Shown: one piece after another, positions 32,086-43,424 of the stretch
Position numbering within the stretch: the stretch's first letter is position 1
How the letters are laid out: every line of letters begins with the position of its first letter
NCBI RefSeq assembly: GCF_009914755.1
Contig: NC_060926.1
DNA from: the human T2T-CHM13v2.0 reference genome, Homo sapiens
DNA: 64,000 nucleotides
Strand: one strand, 5' to 3'
Notes under the pieces: model-generated
What the model saw: the letters and a program-made list of their open reading frames with translations, nothing else
Databases searched by the model: none
What the model was told of the DNA's origin: nothing
Made by a program: the position numbers and the translations under genes

Positions 32086-32250
32086 TTGTGTGTGTGCGTG
32101 TATGTTTATGTGCATGTGTGTGTGTGCTTGTGCGTGTGTGCATGTGCATGTGTGTGCATGTGTTTCTGTGCGCATGTGTGTGTATGTGCATGTGTGCATG
32201 TCTGAATGTGTGTATAAACACACGTGTGCATCTATACATGCATGTATGCA
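32086..32250. repeat. Degenerate (TG)n/(TGCA)n alternating purine-pyrimidine tract
   Basis: Read directly. Confidence 0.92.
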
Positions 32251-34993
32251 TTTGCAGTGAGCGTCCCCATCTCTGCTCTCGGAGGAAAGATCCCTTGCCT
32301 GCTTGGTCAGCATTAGGTCAGGACCTAGTTGTGCTGGGTGGGTGAGGCATGAAGAGGAGATGCAGATGAGCAGATGAAAGCAGACCAAGTGGTTTTATCA
32401 GAGGCCTGATGTGAGAGGGGAGTGACACAGGGGCAGAGATGTTGTAGGAGTGCCAGGAGATGATGGTGATGAACAGCCATTGTGAGCCACAGCATTCAGG
32501 GAGAGGACCAGATGAAGGGAGCATAAGGGTCCTTCCTGTATGTGGTGCACTCTGGCCTGTCCCTCTTCCTCGCTCCCCCAGAGACGAGGCAGTACATGTT
32601 CACATTCCTCTCTCGCTTGCTGGGGCTGTGTTTAGCTCCTAGTAGATGCCACCCTGTGGAGCCAGGCCCTTAGGCTGGAGCAGAGAACTGCGTTGGTTCT
32701 GGTTACAATAATAACAGGTTTTTTTTAATATCTAGTGCTCTTCAGGAGTCAGCTCCTGTACAGGCATTATCTCTAATTTTCAAAATAAGCTTGTGAGACT
32801 GACTTAAACATTCAGGAAATGCAGAAGTGTTGGCTTGCCCAGGCTGCCACTGACTTGCCTGGTGTCAAAGCCACCATACTACCTTTCCAAACTCAAACTT
32901 TCTGGCTTTTTGGGGTCCGTACACAAGGCTCATACCCAGAAGTCCATGTCTTTATATTCTTCATTGTACACAACATGAGAGTTCAAGGCAAAGCAAGAAA
33001 ACGGCATGATAGTCCCTCGCTGGCAGGCTGAGTCTTGGGGTGACAGGCCACATTTCCTCTGCACCCCCACCCCAGTCCCGCAGCTTAGCCCACAGCCAGG
33101 CACACGAGAGCAGTGGGCTTCCACTCTCCAACCCCTCCACAGCGCGTGCAGCCCCCTCAGTAACACGGGCTCTGCTGACGGCTTTCACGCACGCTGTCTC
33201 AGTCAATTCTCAGAATAAATCTGTCTTCTACGAAAAGCTCTCCCCACCTTCCCAGTGTGGAAGTAGAGATTCTGGGCGGTAGAGCCTTTCGCTCAGTTCC
33301 ACCCAATCCTTAACTCTGCAGTAGACTCAGTCCTGGTGAGTGCCTCTGTCCTGCTCCATACACTCAGCTTTCCACACTTAGCTCCCATCTGCTGAGACCA
33401 TCCTTTCCCCAGGGACCTTTGTGTGGGGAGTCCATACCCACTCACTTCCAGGACCTGAAGGACGGACAAACGCCTTCTGCACTCTTCTGACAGTAAGAGC
33501 TTCTCTGCACTTAACGTTCACTGAAAATTCGGTGCTCACTGAGCACTTTAGTTCCATTCTCTGAGAACAGCCCTGTGAGAAGGGTGCCATTGTCCCCATT
33601 CACAGAAGAGGAGACCCTGGCCTGGAAGGCCTGCATGGTTACACGTCTTCATCCAGCAGGGAGGCATTGGTGCTGGAAACCTGCAGGGACCACTGCCTTC
33701 ACACACTGCACTCATGGACCATGTAGGTGTCTCCCCAAAGAAGATAATAATTTATGTTCAGCTTAGTTTCAGCTTTAATTTCTATTCTGTTGATTAATTT
33801 TAATGTGATGCATCCCACTGTGGGAAAACCACTGGCTCTTTCAAAAGATCAATCATCCACTCAGAGAATATGGGTCCTGGATTAGGACTAGGGGTCATCT
33901 ATACAACGAGATTATACAAATCCTGAGGACACTTCTTTGGTATTCCTGGGATTCGATCCCATCTGGGCCTCTTGTTTCAAATTCCACCCATCATTGTTGG
34001 CCATCTGACCAGCAAAGTGCTGAGGCTCTGCCATGTGGACCTTGCCATTCCTCAAATCTCCTCAGTAGGGTTTTGGCAGACAGGTCAGAGACCACTGAAG
34101 AACTCAGACTCAGAGTGCTTGGACGGGAGTGTCTGGGGCAGGTGTGGCAATGGACCACAGAAACAGAGGCAAATCCTGCTGAACTGGTGCGAGGGCCGCA
34201 GCCAGCCCTGCCCATCTGGAGCGAGCCACAGCTTTTGCTTAGCTGTGATGTTCTGCATATCAGGCACAGGCCTCCCTGCCCAGGGCTCTGCTGCATCATT
34301 AACCAGGAGCAACGGGAAAGTCACTGTGTCTGGGAGAAGCTGCAGAGATCCCAAGCTTCCGGATGTCACCACATGGTGCTGTGGTGAGAACAAAAACATC
34401 TCCCCCTAGACTGGACATGCCTAAGAAGGGCTCTCAGCAAAGCTGCCAGGGTGAGCACTAGCTGTGGAACAGGCTTTGGTACCACTTCTCCTGCTTGCCA
34501 GTGGTGCCCCTACAGAGAGAATTTCAGTTCTGCAATTGAAGTGAAAATGAACTTTCAAAAACAGCTTTGCAAGTTTAGATTGAGTGTTAAATTTGCTACT
34601 AGCTTAAAAATAAGTGAATTCACCTTCAGAGAAGTCTAACATCTAGGAATTAGAAACTTAGAAGTGGCATCTTTTTTTCTTTCATAGAAAAGCATGTCAG
34701 ATTTTAGTGTAAATTGCACGAAAAGTGCAGAAATTAATTTGTCTTTCTCCAACTTTGTGAATATATGATTTTAAGCCTGTATGGCACTAATTTTATAAGT
34801 CTCATACATTGCTTATATATAAATCCTTTTATGAGGACTTTTAAAAATCATCAACATTGTGCAGCTTGAGGTATAATAAACAAAATATTTCCTGGACTGA
34901 ATGACAAGCTATTCATTGAAAGTGTGTCTATACTGTAGTAGTGGAAGGGAGATTGGCCTCTTCTCTGACGTCTGTATCAGAACAGCCTTTCTC

Positions 34994-35292
34994 TTTTTTT
35001 TTTTTTTTTTTGAGATGGAGTCTCGCCCTGTCGCCCAGGCTGGAGTGCAGTGGCACAATCTCAGCTCACTGCAAGCTCCGTCTGCTGGGTTCACGCCATT
35101 CTCCTGCCTCAGCCTCCTGAGTACCTGGGACTACAGGTGCCTGCCACCACGCCCAGCTAATTTTTTGTATTTTTAGTGGAGACAGGGTTTCACCGTGTTA
35201 GCCAAGATAGTCTCGATCTCCTGACCTGGTGATCTGCCCACATCAGCCTCCCAAAGTGCTGGGATTACAGGCGTGAGCCACTGCACCTGTCC
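34994..35292 (-). mobile_element. AluY-like element with 17-bp TSD
   Basis: Y diagnostics GCAAGCTCCG, TTCACGCCATTC, GTGTTAGCCA; TSD AGAACAGCCTTTCTCTT at 34979-34995 and 35293-35309. Confidence 0.97.
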
Positions 35293-36553
35293 AGAACAGC
35301 CTTTCTCTTATTTTTAATGCTTTCAAATCAACACATGACCATTATTCCACTAAATAAAATATGAAGTTGCTCTGTAGTTTAAAAATAATGATTACAGGGA
35401 GTTTAGTTTGAACTAAAAATAAGTTACCCAGCAATTTCAATTACTGAAGAAAAATTTTTTCTGGGCACAGATTCAAGGGGCCACAACCTGGAGCCCCACC
35501 CTGGATGGGCCTCCCAGCTTCTGCTATCCCTTCCTGACTTCACTGAGGCCAGTGGGGCCTAACCCAGAAGTTCAGTGAGAAGACATATCTCAGGACCAGA
35601 GCCTGTCTCTCTGATTACTTCCTCCACAGCTCCTAGCCTGGTTTCCCAGCCGTGCTCCGCATTCAACCCCTGGAGCCATCGTCAGGCATTACTTCTCTGA
35701 TTCTGACTCCATCCCTTATTCAGCTACAATTTGTGGTCATCACTGGGGAAACATTGGTCTTTAGTTCTGGTAAACAACCCAACAAGCTTAACACCCACCA
35801 TCCAGGGTCCAGCTCCTCCTCAGCCCTGCACACAGACAGCATTACCAAAGAGGAAACCAAACTAAGGCTGGAGAGAGAAGCGATGGTTTTGCCAGAGCAT
35901 GGGGTTCCCAGCAGCCTGGGGGAAGTGTCAGGAGATGTTCCTCCCCTCCACAATGATTTTGGTCAGGGAGAGTCAGACAAGGGTGAGAGCACAAGAGACA
36001 GGAAAACAGAAAATAGCATGAGTCACTGACTGGCACCTGCACTGGGCCAGGCTTGGCGCACATAACCCTCATCCGTGAATGGTCCTGCTGGTGAGGTCAA
36101 GCAAGTCCCTGAACTTGCATGGTTAGCAGGGACCAGAGGGGAGGTTTGGACCCAGGCTTTCTGTTGCTAAAAACCCCTCCCATCGTAGTCAGCCTCCACC
36201 AGGGGCCCTGGATCTTGTATTTTTGTTTTTATCCCTTTCATAATTAGTTATTTTCCCTGTTTCTCCTACTTCACTTTGACAGTGAAGCCTTATTTCTTTT
36301 TATTGCTAGCTGGCATGCATGGCTGAGATATTCCCTGAAAGGCCTTTTGACCATTCTGGGACTAGAGGATTCTCGGTAGGTCATCTCAGGGACAATTGCA
36401 TTCACACAGGAGGCACAGACTAGGATCCTGTGTGAACACCACAAACAGGCCAGCCCTGGAAGCCCCTTCCCAAGAAGCCAGAGTTTCATGTGAGATCCAC
36501 ACCACTCAGGTAGGGCAGGTGCATGTGGTCAGGACAGAACAGGAAGGCCTTCC

Positions 36554-36987
36554 CATAGAGCTAAAGAAAGAAGAAAGAAACATGAAAAGTGGCTCAACAG
36601 TCAAAGACAGTTTTATTTTGGAGAATAAACCTGAGAGGGGCTCCTGGCCAATTTCCATCAGGAGCATTCTCTCTTAGAGACTAAGGGTATTTAAGGGTTT
36701 AGGAAGGGGGAGTTTATTGCAGGCTTGGAATGTTTCTGTGTGAGGGAAAGTTTATTGCGGGGCTGGCATGTCTCTGGTCAGAGGGTAGGTTATCTTGGGA
36801 TTGGCATGTTTCTGGCTGGAGAGGGGTTTATCTCAGGGTTGGAATGTTTCTGGTCATGCTGACATTAACCATTAGGCTGAGGTTTTGGGGCTGGATTTAG
36901 GCGGTTTTTAATCAAGGGAACTTAAAATGGCCGTGCGTGTCCAAGATGGCAGTGTGTGTCCAAGATGGCAGTGCTGCGGCTCTGTCA
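36554..36987 (-). mobile_element. ERV1 solo LTR, MER61-like
   Basis: Minus strand begins TGACAGAGC...GCCATCTTGGAC; internal 38-bp repeats CCAGA(G/A)ACAT(G/T)CCA; flanked by CTTC(C) on both sides. Confidence 0.8.
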
Positions 36988-38849
36988 CTTCCCTCCTCAG
37001 GGCCCCAGTCCAGAACTGGCTCCCATCAGAGATGGCTGAGTGGGGAGGGAAAATGAACTGAGAAAAGGAGAGAAGGTGGGCGCTTATACAATGTAGGATA
37101 TGGATATGAACCCTTCCCACCCACGCCTTTTAAATGAGCATCTCTGCAGATACTGTTCAGAACCCCTAAAGCCTCACACTGGCTGGGGGGCCCCAACTTC
37201 ATCCTATTTCACAATAGGACCACAGGAGGTGGTGTGCTCTGTGACCACATACCAAGTGGCAAGCAATGGGGGCTCCAGATGCCCAATTTGCTTCTCCACA
37301 CGCTGCCCATCTCTGACTGCCCCCTTCTTCCCTTCCCTTGCCTGTTGGGAGAGAAAGTTTGCATCATTCTTCATTTCTTTTGATTTCCTATTTTCCTCCC
37401 TTCCTGGTGTGAACAGATAAAATGAATTACACACAGACGTAAAGAAAGGGGGTCTTCCCCTAAACCAGGAGACTGTCTGGGCAGGCATTTGCTGCAATTG
37501 AAGTCTGACAATGGGGCGAGACATCAGACGCCGGGAAAGCCTGTGGCACCTCCTGCAGGGGCTGAGGGGCCCCAGCCTTGCTGTTCCAGGAATCCACTCC
37601 AGGAAAAAGCTAAAAGCCTCTGCACCACTGCCGAGTTCATTAAATGGCTTCTGCCATATTAATCTTTTGTTTCTACTTAATGGAGGTTACAGTGAATGGG
37701 AGGGGATGAGAGCCCAGGGTGTGTGGGCTCGATGGGAAATCACCATGGGAACGGCAGCTCGATCACCAATTGGTGATTAGCTGCCCAGTGCCCACCCCCG
37801 GAATTCCATCTTGGAAGAGCACAAGGTGCAGGTGGTGGCTCGGCAGACCGCAGACCTGGAGTGACGGGTGGCAAATGGCCCCACAGGTCACCCAGAGCCT
37901 CCTCCGTGGCTGGCCTGGCCACGGCCTGCCCTCCCCGTCCCGGGGGACACTGCCAGCATCGACGAGAAACAGCTGAGTCAGGAGCTTTCTGTGTGAGCAG
38001 AGAGTGTGCCTGCCAGTGCTGTTTTCACAGCCGACATTTTCAAAGGACAGGGAGGGAGCATCCCCCTGGCAGAGCCGCAGGGCTCCATCCCCGGCCTGGG
38101 AGGTTCATGCAGACCCGGGCCACACCCAGGAGGCCAGAGCCTGCTGCAAATGCAAATCCTCTCCCCCAGAGAGCTCGAAGTGGCCCAGCCACTGGGTGTT
38201 CAGAGCCCCTGGGAGCTACGAGGGCTGGCCCGGGTTGGGAAGCCCTGAATGGCCTTCGCAGAAGAGGAGATTCTTCTGAGAGGCAGGCGGTGCAGCGCAG
38301 AGCAGGCTGGGCGGGGTACCCAGGATGGGGGGACTAGGCAGTGTGGAAAAGGCCACTGTTCCAGCCTCCAGTTCACACCTGCCCTCCAGAAAATTCTTTC
38401 CACGGAATTATAGGGCTAGAATATGATGAAGGATTTTCATTCTGATGGCTTCTAGACATTTTCTTATCCATACAACTTTTTTATATGAAATTTTACAAGT
38501 GGTCTCAATACACAGGAGAGCCAGTGGACATGTAGCTGTCTTACTTACGATGGGGCAGAAGCAGAAAAGAAAGAAGCCAGCCCCTCTTGAGGGACCCTGG
38601 GATATGTTCATGGACCTCCAGGATTCCAAAATGCTGAGTTTTTAAACTACCAAGTTATTGCAATCTCATTTCTTTTGTTGGAACTATTCTTTACAGCATA
38701 CCTAACGAACAATTATTTTAAGTACTTGGTAGGAAAATGGCCAGCCTTCCCTAACAAAATATATTTTTATCCTCTATTTCTAAAAGAAACTCCTATTTTT
38801 TTATCTAAATAATTATTACACAATTTAGGGAAAATTACTATCAGTGATA

Positions 38850-39066
38850 GGGAACTCACTACCAGTCAAGCTATTTCTATATTTGGATTAACTTCTGATA
38901 GTGTGACCTTCAGAAATTTACTTCCCCTTTAAGAATCTTAATTTTTGTGTGCAAAATAAAAATAATAATGATACCAACCTCATCAGGTTGCTGAAATAAT
39001 TGAATGAGATAAATTAACTTAAAGCCTGGCACGTGATAAATGCTCAGTGAAAGTTAGATATCATTA
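38850..39066 (+). mobile_element. MIR SINE
   Basis: GTGTGACCTT...AAAATAAAAATAATAATGATACCAACCTCATCAGGTTGCTG...TGAGATAA...CCTGGCAC...ATGCTCAGTGAAAGTTAG. Confidence 0.8.
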
Positions 39067-39312
39067 CTGAAAACAATTGTCACTATTCAGACGCTCTTAT
39101 TATTGAACTGAAACCTGCATAGCTAAATTTTCCCCAATGCTTCTTAGCTATATCCCTGAGAGCCACCCAGAATGAATAAATTGAACTCCCTCAGACTTCA
39201 GAGAAAATAGAATCCTTCAGTCAAGACCCACTTAGCTTTCAGGCCACCAAACTGAAAAACTGACTTGAAACTTCATCCTTCCTTTGTCTGCTGTCCATTT
39301 TGTTTTGCTTAC

Positions 39313-40238
39313 TATTTTAGGGTTCTCCATAGAAACAAAACCAATATAACATATATCTATCTATGGGAATAGATATATTTATCATGGGGGAATATTGGCT
39401 CACATAATTATTAAGGCTAAGAAGACCCACAATCTACATCTGCTAGCTGCAACCCCAGGGAAGCTGGTAGTGTTGTTCCAGTACAAACTCAGAGGCCTGA
39501 GAACCAGGGGAGTCACTGGTGTAAGTCCAAGCCCAAGTCCAGAAAAGAACCAGGAGCACAAAGGCCCAAGAGGAGGAGAGGATGGATACCTCAGCTCAAG
39601 CAGAGAGATAATCTGCTCTTCCTCTGTTGTTTTGTTTCATCTGGGCCCTCAGTGAATTGGATGATGCCCTCTTACATTGGTGAGGGCCGTCTTCTTCTTT
39701 ACTCAGTTTACTAGTTCAAATGCTAGTCTCTTCTGGACGCACCCTCACAGAAACATCCAAAAAGCATGCTTTACCAACTTTCTTAGTTTGTTTTACATTG
39801 TTAAAAGGAACACCTGGGGCTGGGTAATTTATAAAGAAAAGAGGTTTATTTGGCTCACAGTTCTACAGGCTGTACAGAAAGCACGGTACCAGAATCTGTA
39901 TCTGGTGAGGCCTCCAGGAGCTTCTACTCATGGTGGAAGGTGTAGGGGAGAAGGCATCATACAGTGGGACAGGAAGGATGAGCGAGGGAGGAGGTGCAAG
40001 ATGATTTTCAACAACCCAATCTTGCAGGAACTCATAGAGTGAGAACTCATTGTTAAGAGGAGAACACCAAGCAATTCATGAGGCATCCATCTCCATGACC
40101 CAAAAACCCCCACTAGGTCCCACCTCCAACACTGGAGGTTTTTAAATCTCATGTTAAAAAAATTTTAACATGAGATTTGGAGGGGACAAATATTCAAACC
40201 AACTACCTGGGCACCCTGTACCCCAGTCAAGTTGACAC
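39313..40238 (-). mobile_element. MLT2 (ERVL) LTR split by MSTB
   Basis: AGGGTTCTCCATAGAAACAAAACCAATA...AGGCCTGAGAACCAGG...CACCCTCACAGAAACA, resuming after MSTB as CTGGGCACCC...CCCAGTCAAGTTGACAC. Confidence 0.85.
39779..40198 (-). mobile_element. MSTB-like MaLR solo LTR
   Basis: GGGTAATTTATAAAGAAAAGAGGTTTATTTGGCTCACAGTTCT...CATGAGATTTGGAGGGGACAAA; CCAAC on both sides; a few terminal bases missing. Confidence 0.9.
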
Positions 40239-40733
40239 CAGTTGACCCCAGTCAAGCCTGCTCTCTTGAGAACCTCCTTCTATCAGCATTTGACCTCTCC
40301 TCTCCCTTCCAGCATCCACCCTCTATGAGCCCACACCAGCATGCACACCTGCTCTTGGATCATCCCAACAGCAAAAAAAAAAAGAAAAAAAATCTCTCCA
40401 CCCTCATTCACTTCTGGCCACAGTCCTGTGTTATGTCTTCTGTCCACCCCGACTTTGCAAGAAACTTGACCTCCATGGCATCTGTGTTTCCCTGCTTCCC
40501 ATGAATTCTTCATGACTTTTCCCCTGGAAACACTCTCTTTGAGAATATCAGTGACTTCTTATGATAAAAGTCAATGGATGATTTTCAGATTTTGTCTTTG
40601 TGTTTGTTTGTTTTTAAGAATCTTTCAGCAACATGATAATATTGATTACTATATTGTTTATTGAAAAGTATTCTTTTCAACACCAAAAAAGGATTTTTTT
40701 GGTGTCAGATGCCCTGGATTTTGCTTTAGCCAG

Positions 40734-40870
40734 TGTATTAGTCACTTTGGGCTTCCACAATAAAATCTCACAGACTGGGCAGCCTGAACATCTGGAATCC
40801 ATTTTCCCATGGTTCTGGAAGCTGAAAGTCTGTGACCAAAGAGCCGTCAGGGTGTGTTCTCCTGAGACTG
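40734..40870 (-). mobile_element. MLT1 LTR fragment
   Basis: TGTATTAGTC...CACAGACTGGGCAGCCT...GTTCTGGAAGCTGAAAGTC. Confidence 0.65.
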
Positions 40871-40999
40871 ATGTCTGCATGGGCTGGACAGAGCAACTCC
40901 ATGTCACCCAGATCTCGTAAACGCAGCATTCTCAACACCGACGTGGTCATCATTCCCAGAACAGGTGTCTGTTCTTTCCTCTGTGTTCCACATCTCAGT

Positions 41000-42780
41000 G
41001 AACTCATTTATGTATTCACCCACCCACCCATCTTTCCATCCAAAAAATATGTCATGAGCACTGTGCCTGAACTGTCTCTATACTCACAGAGCTTACAGTA
41101 GAAGGAGAATGTCAGATTTTAATTAAATAATTTCATGAACCAATGGAAAATTTCATGTACAGTAGGCACTGTGACAGAGAGATATGCAGGCACATGACAG
41201 CAGGTGCCAGGGATGTTGCCCAGTTCATGAAGAAGGGGTTGCTTTCCAAAGGGAGAAGTCCCTCAAGCTAACACCGAAAAGATAGAGGGAGTAAGTGGGC
41301 ACAAGGGAACAGTGTTCTACCCCAGGGAAGAGTGTGCAAGGGTGGGGACAGGGTGGTGTGAGTGATGGGTTGGGGGCCGAGGAGCAGGGGAAGCCAGACC
41401 CTGTCAGGCACTGTGGGAAGTCATGAGCACATCTTTTTGTTTCTGTGAAAAGTAACGGAAATCCACTGGGGGTGTGAAGTAATGGGGTGACAGTGTCCGA
41501 TTTTCATTTTAAATAATGTATCACTTTGATTATCTTATGGTGAGTGCATTGGAGGAGAGAAGTAGGTAAACAGTGATATTATTGCAATGGTCCCAGCAGC
41601 TTTGGCCCGAGTAGTGGTGGGGAAAATGCAGAGATGAATTTATGTTTAAGAGACATATGGGGAAATAAAACCACATGTCATGGTGATAGATTGAACTTGA
41701 GAAGTAAGAAAGGGAAAGGTGTTGCTGTAGTTTGAATATGTTCCCCAAAGTTGATGTGTTGGAAACCATCCCCACTGCAGCAGTGTTGACAGGTGGCATC
41801 TTTAAGAGGTAACTGGGTCAGGGGGCACTGTCCTCATAAATAGATCAATGCCATTGCCAGAGAAGTGGGTTCCTGCTAAAACGGATGAGTTTGGCTTCCT
41901 CCGTTCCCTCCCCACCTCCCTTTCCTCCTTTTCTCCCTCCCTTCCCCAACCTCCATCTGCCTTTTGCTATGGGAAGAGACAGAAAGAAGACCCTTGTCAG
42001 ACACGGACCCCTCGACCTTGGACTTTCCAGGCTCCAGAACAGTATGAAATAAATCTCTGTTCTGTATGAGTTACCCATACTCATTACCATTTTGTTATAG
42101 GAGAGCAAAATGGACTAAGACAGTTGTCACAATGATTCTTGGTTTCCAGGCTTGTACAACTGAATGGGCAATGATAACCTCTGAGAGCAGAGGGGCTGTG
42201 GGAGGGGCTTGGGGAAAGGGCCACTGGCATGTATTTGAGATAGACTAGCGGAGAAGCCAGGAAAGAGGAATGTCAGGGGAGGGGCTGGGTCTGGGTTGGA
42301 GGTCTCAGCTAGTGAGCAAGTGTGTGGAGGGAGTGTTTTTAGTCGTGGGTACAGAGGCTGTCTGGGGAGAGAGCACAGAGCAGGGAGGGGCGAAGATGGA
42401 GACCAGAGCCAAGACCCCAAGGCTTACCGACTTGTAGGGGAGGATGAAGCACCAAACAGGACTGTGAGGGCCCCGCTGGGTTATGGGACAAAACAAGAGG
42501 AGTCCGAGGTCACGGAAACCTAGAGATGTGAAGGACTTTGCCGAGGAAGGAGGCTCTTTGCAGTGTTTAGAAGCCTGGAGGTCATTGTTTATTTAGACAA
42601 AAGTGGTTACTGAGTCCCAATGTGGGAAGAGACCAGACTGGACCCTGTTGAGGAGTGAATGGGAAGGAGGAATTGGGAGTCATGTCCTGAGACCTTGCTC
42701 AGGAAGTATGCACTTTAAGGAAGATGGAGGAGTTGAACAGAAGCAAGAGGTGGACGCAGGGTCAAGAAAGAAACGTCTTG
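41000..42780 (-). mobile_element. Long L2 fossil, antisense, interrupted by MSTC/D
   Basis: CATTTATGTATTCA tail, GAGCTTACAGTAGAAGGAGA, ATGATTCTTGGTTTCCAGGCTTG and CCAGACTGGA...GAGGAGTGAATGGGA L2 hallmarks. Confidence 0.65.
41723..42122 (+). mobile_element. MSTC/MSTD-like MaLR solo LTR
   Basis: TGCTGTAGTTTGAATATGTTCCCCAAAG...TGGACTAAGACA; TSD GGTGT/GTTGT. Confidence 0.85.
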
Positions 42781-42829
42781 GCTACTTCATTCATCTGCTT
42801 TTAAGCATGTGTTATCGAATGGAGAAAAT

Positions 42830-43200
42830 GTTATCGGACTTACCCAGTTCAGGGTTAAACACCCGTCACCCCTTTTGCTGAGTGTTGGTGGCTGAAGTGT
42901 CACATGAGTCCCTCTCCAGCCAGTGCCCATGGCTAAAGAGAGCTGTCCTGTCTAACCGCACCCCCTTTTCTGGGGGCAACCTCATCAGTGACTGGTCATT
43001 GCAGGGCTATAAATGCCCAGTCACCTCACCTCAATAAGGAAGGCTCCGAAGGGCTGTCCCAGCTGCAGAGGACTGGCTGATTGATTGATCTGACGAATGG
43101 CTGATTGATTGGCAGGGACAGAACTGCAGTGCAGCTTCTGCCTTGCCTCCCCTGCTCACTTTACTCCCCAAGGGATTGGTCCTGGATCCTTCCATGACTA
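42830..43200 (+). mobile_element. LTR16-like (ERVL) LTR
   Basis: GGGGCAACCTCATCAGTGACTGGTCATTGCAGGGCTATAAATGCCCAG...GAAGGGCTGTCCCAGCTGCAGAG resembles the LTR16 core with its TATA box. Confidence 0.7.
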
Positions 43201-43346
43201 CAACCCTTTCCCAGGTAGCCAGGCACTATATTAGGAGGTGGTGTCTGCCATGAGCACTCTAGTCCTGTTTTGTTTACCTCCCGGCAGAGTATTTGCTGCT
43301 TCAAGGAAGCTGGCAGAGGAAAGGCTGGACATAGAGCTCCTTCAAC

Positions 43347-43424
43347 GTGCTCCCTCCGCTCCCATGCTCCCTCCGCTCCCGTGCTGCCTCCGCTCCCACG
43401 CTGCCTCTGCTCCCGTGCTCCCTC
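43347..43424. repeat. 17-bp GC-rich minisatellite (RYGCTSCCTCYGCTCCC, 4.6 copies)
   Basis: Units start at 43347, 43364, 43381, 43398 and 43415. Confidence 0.93.

Noticed and set aside
32011-32388. Cys/Val- and His/Thr-rich ORFs resembling metal-binding proteins
   Set aside because: Translations of the (TG)n/(CA)n tract.
36189-36210. CTCF-like motif CCACCAGGGGCCC
   Set aside because: Imperfect core; cannot be distinguished from chance without ChIP data.
36700-36860. Regularly spaced repeats as a CRISPR-like array
   Set aside because: These are tandem 38-bp units within an LTR, with no unique spacers and no cas genes, in eukaryotic DNA.
37861-38337. 158-aa GC-rich ORF
   Set aside because: No recognisable domain, no ATG start, and overlapping ORFs in several frames, as expected for GC-rich DNA.
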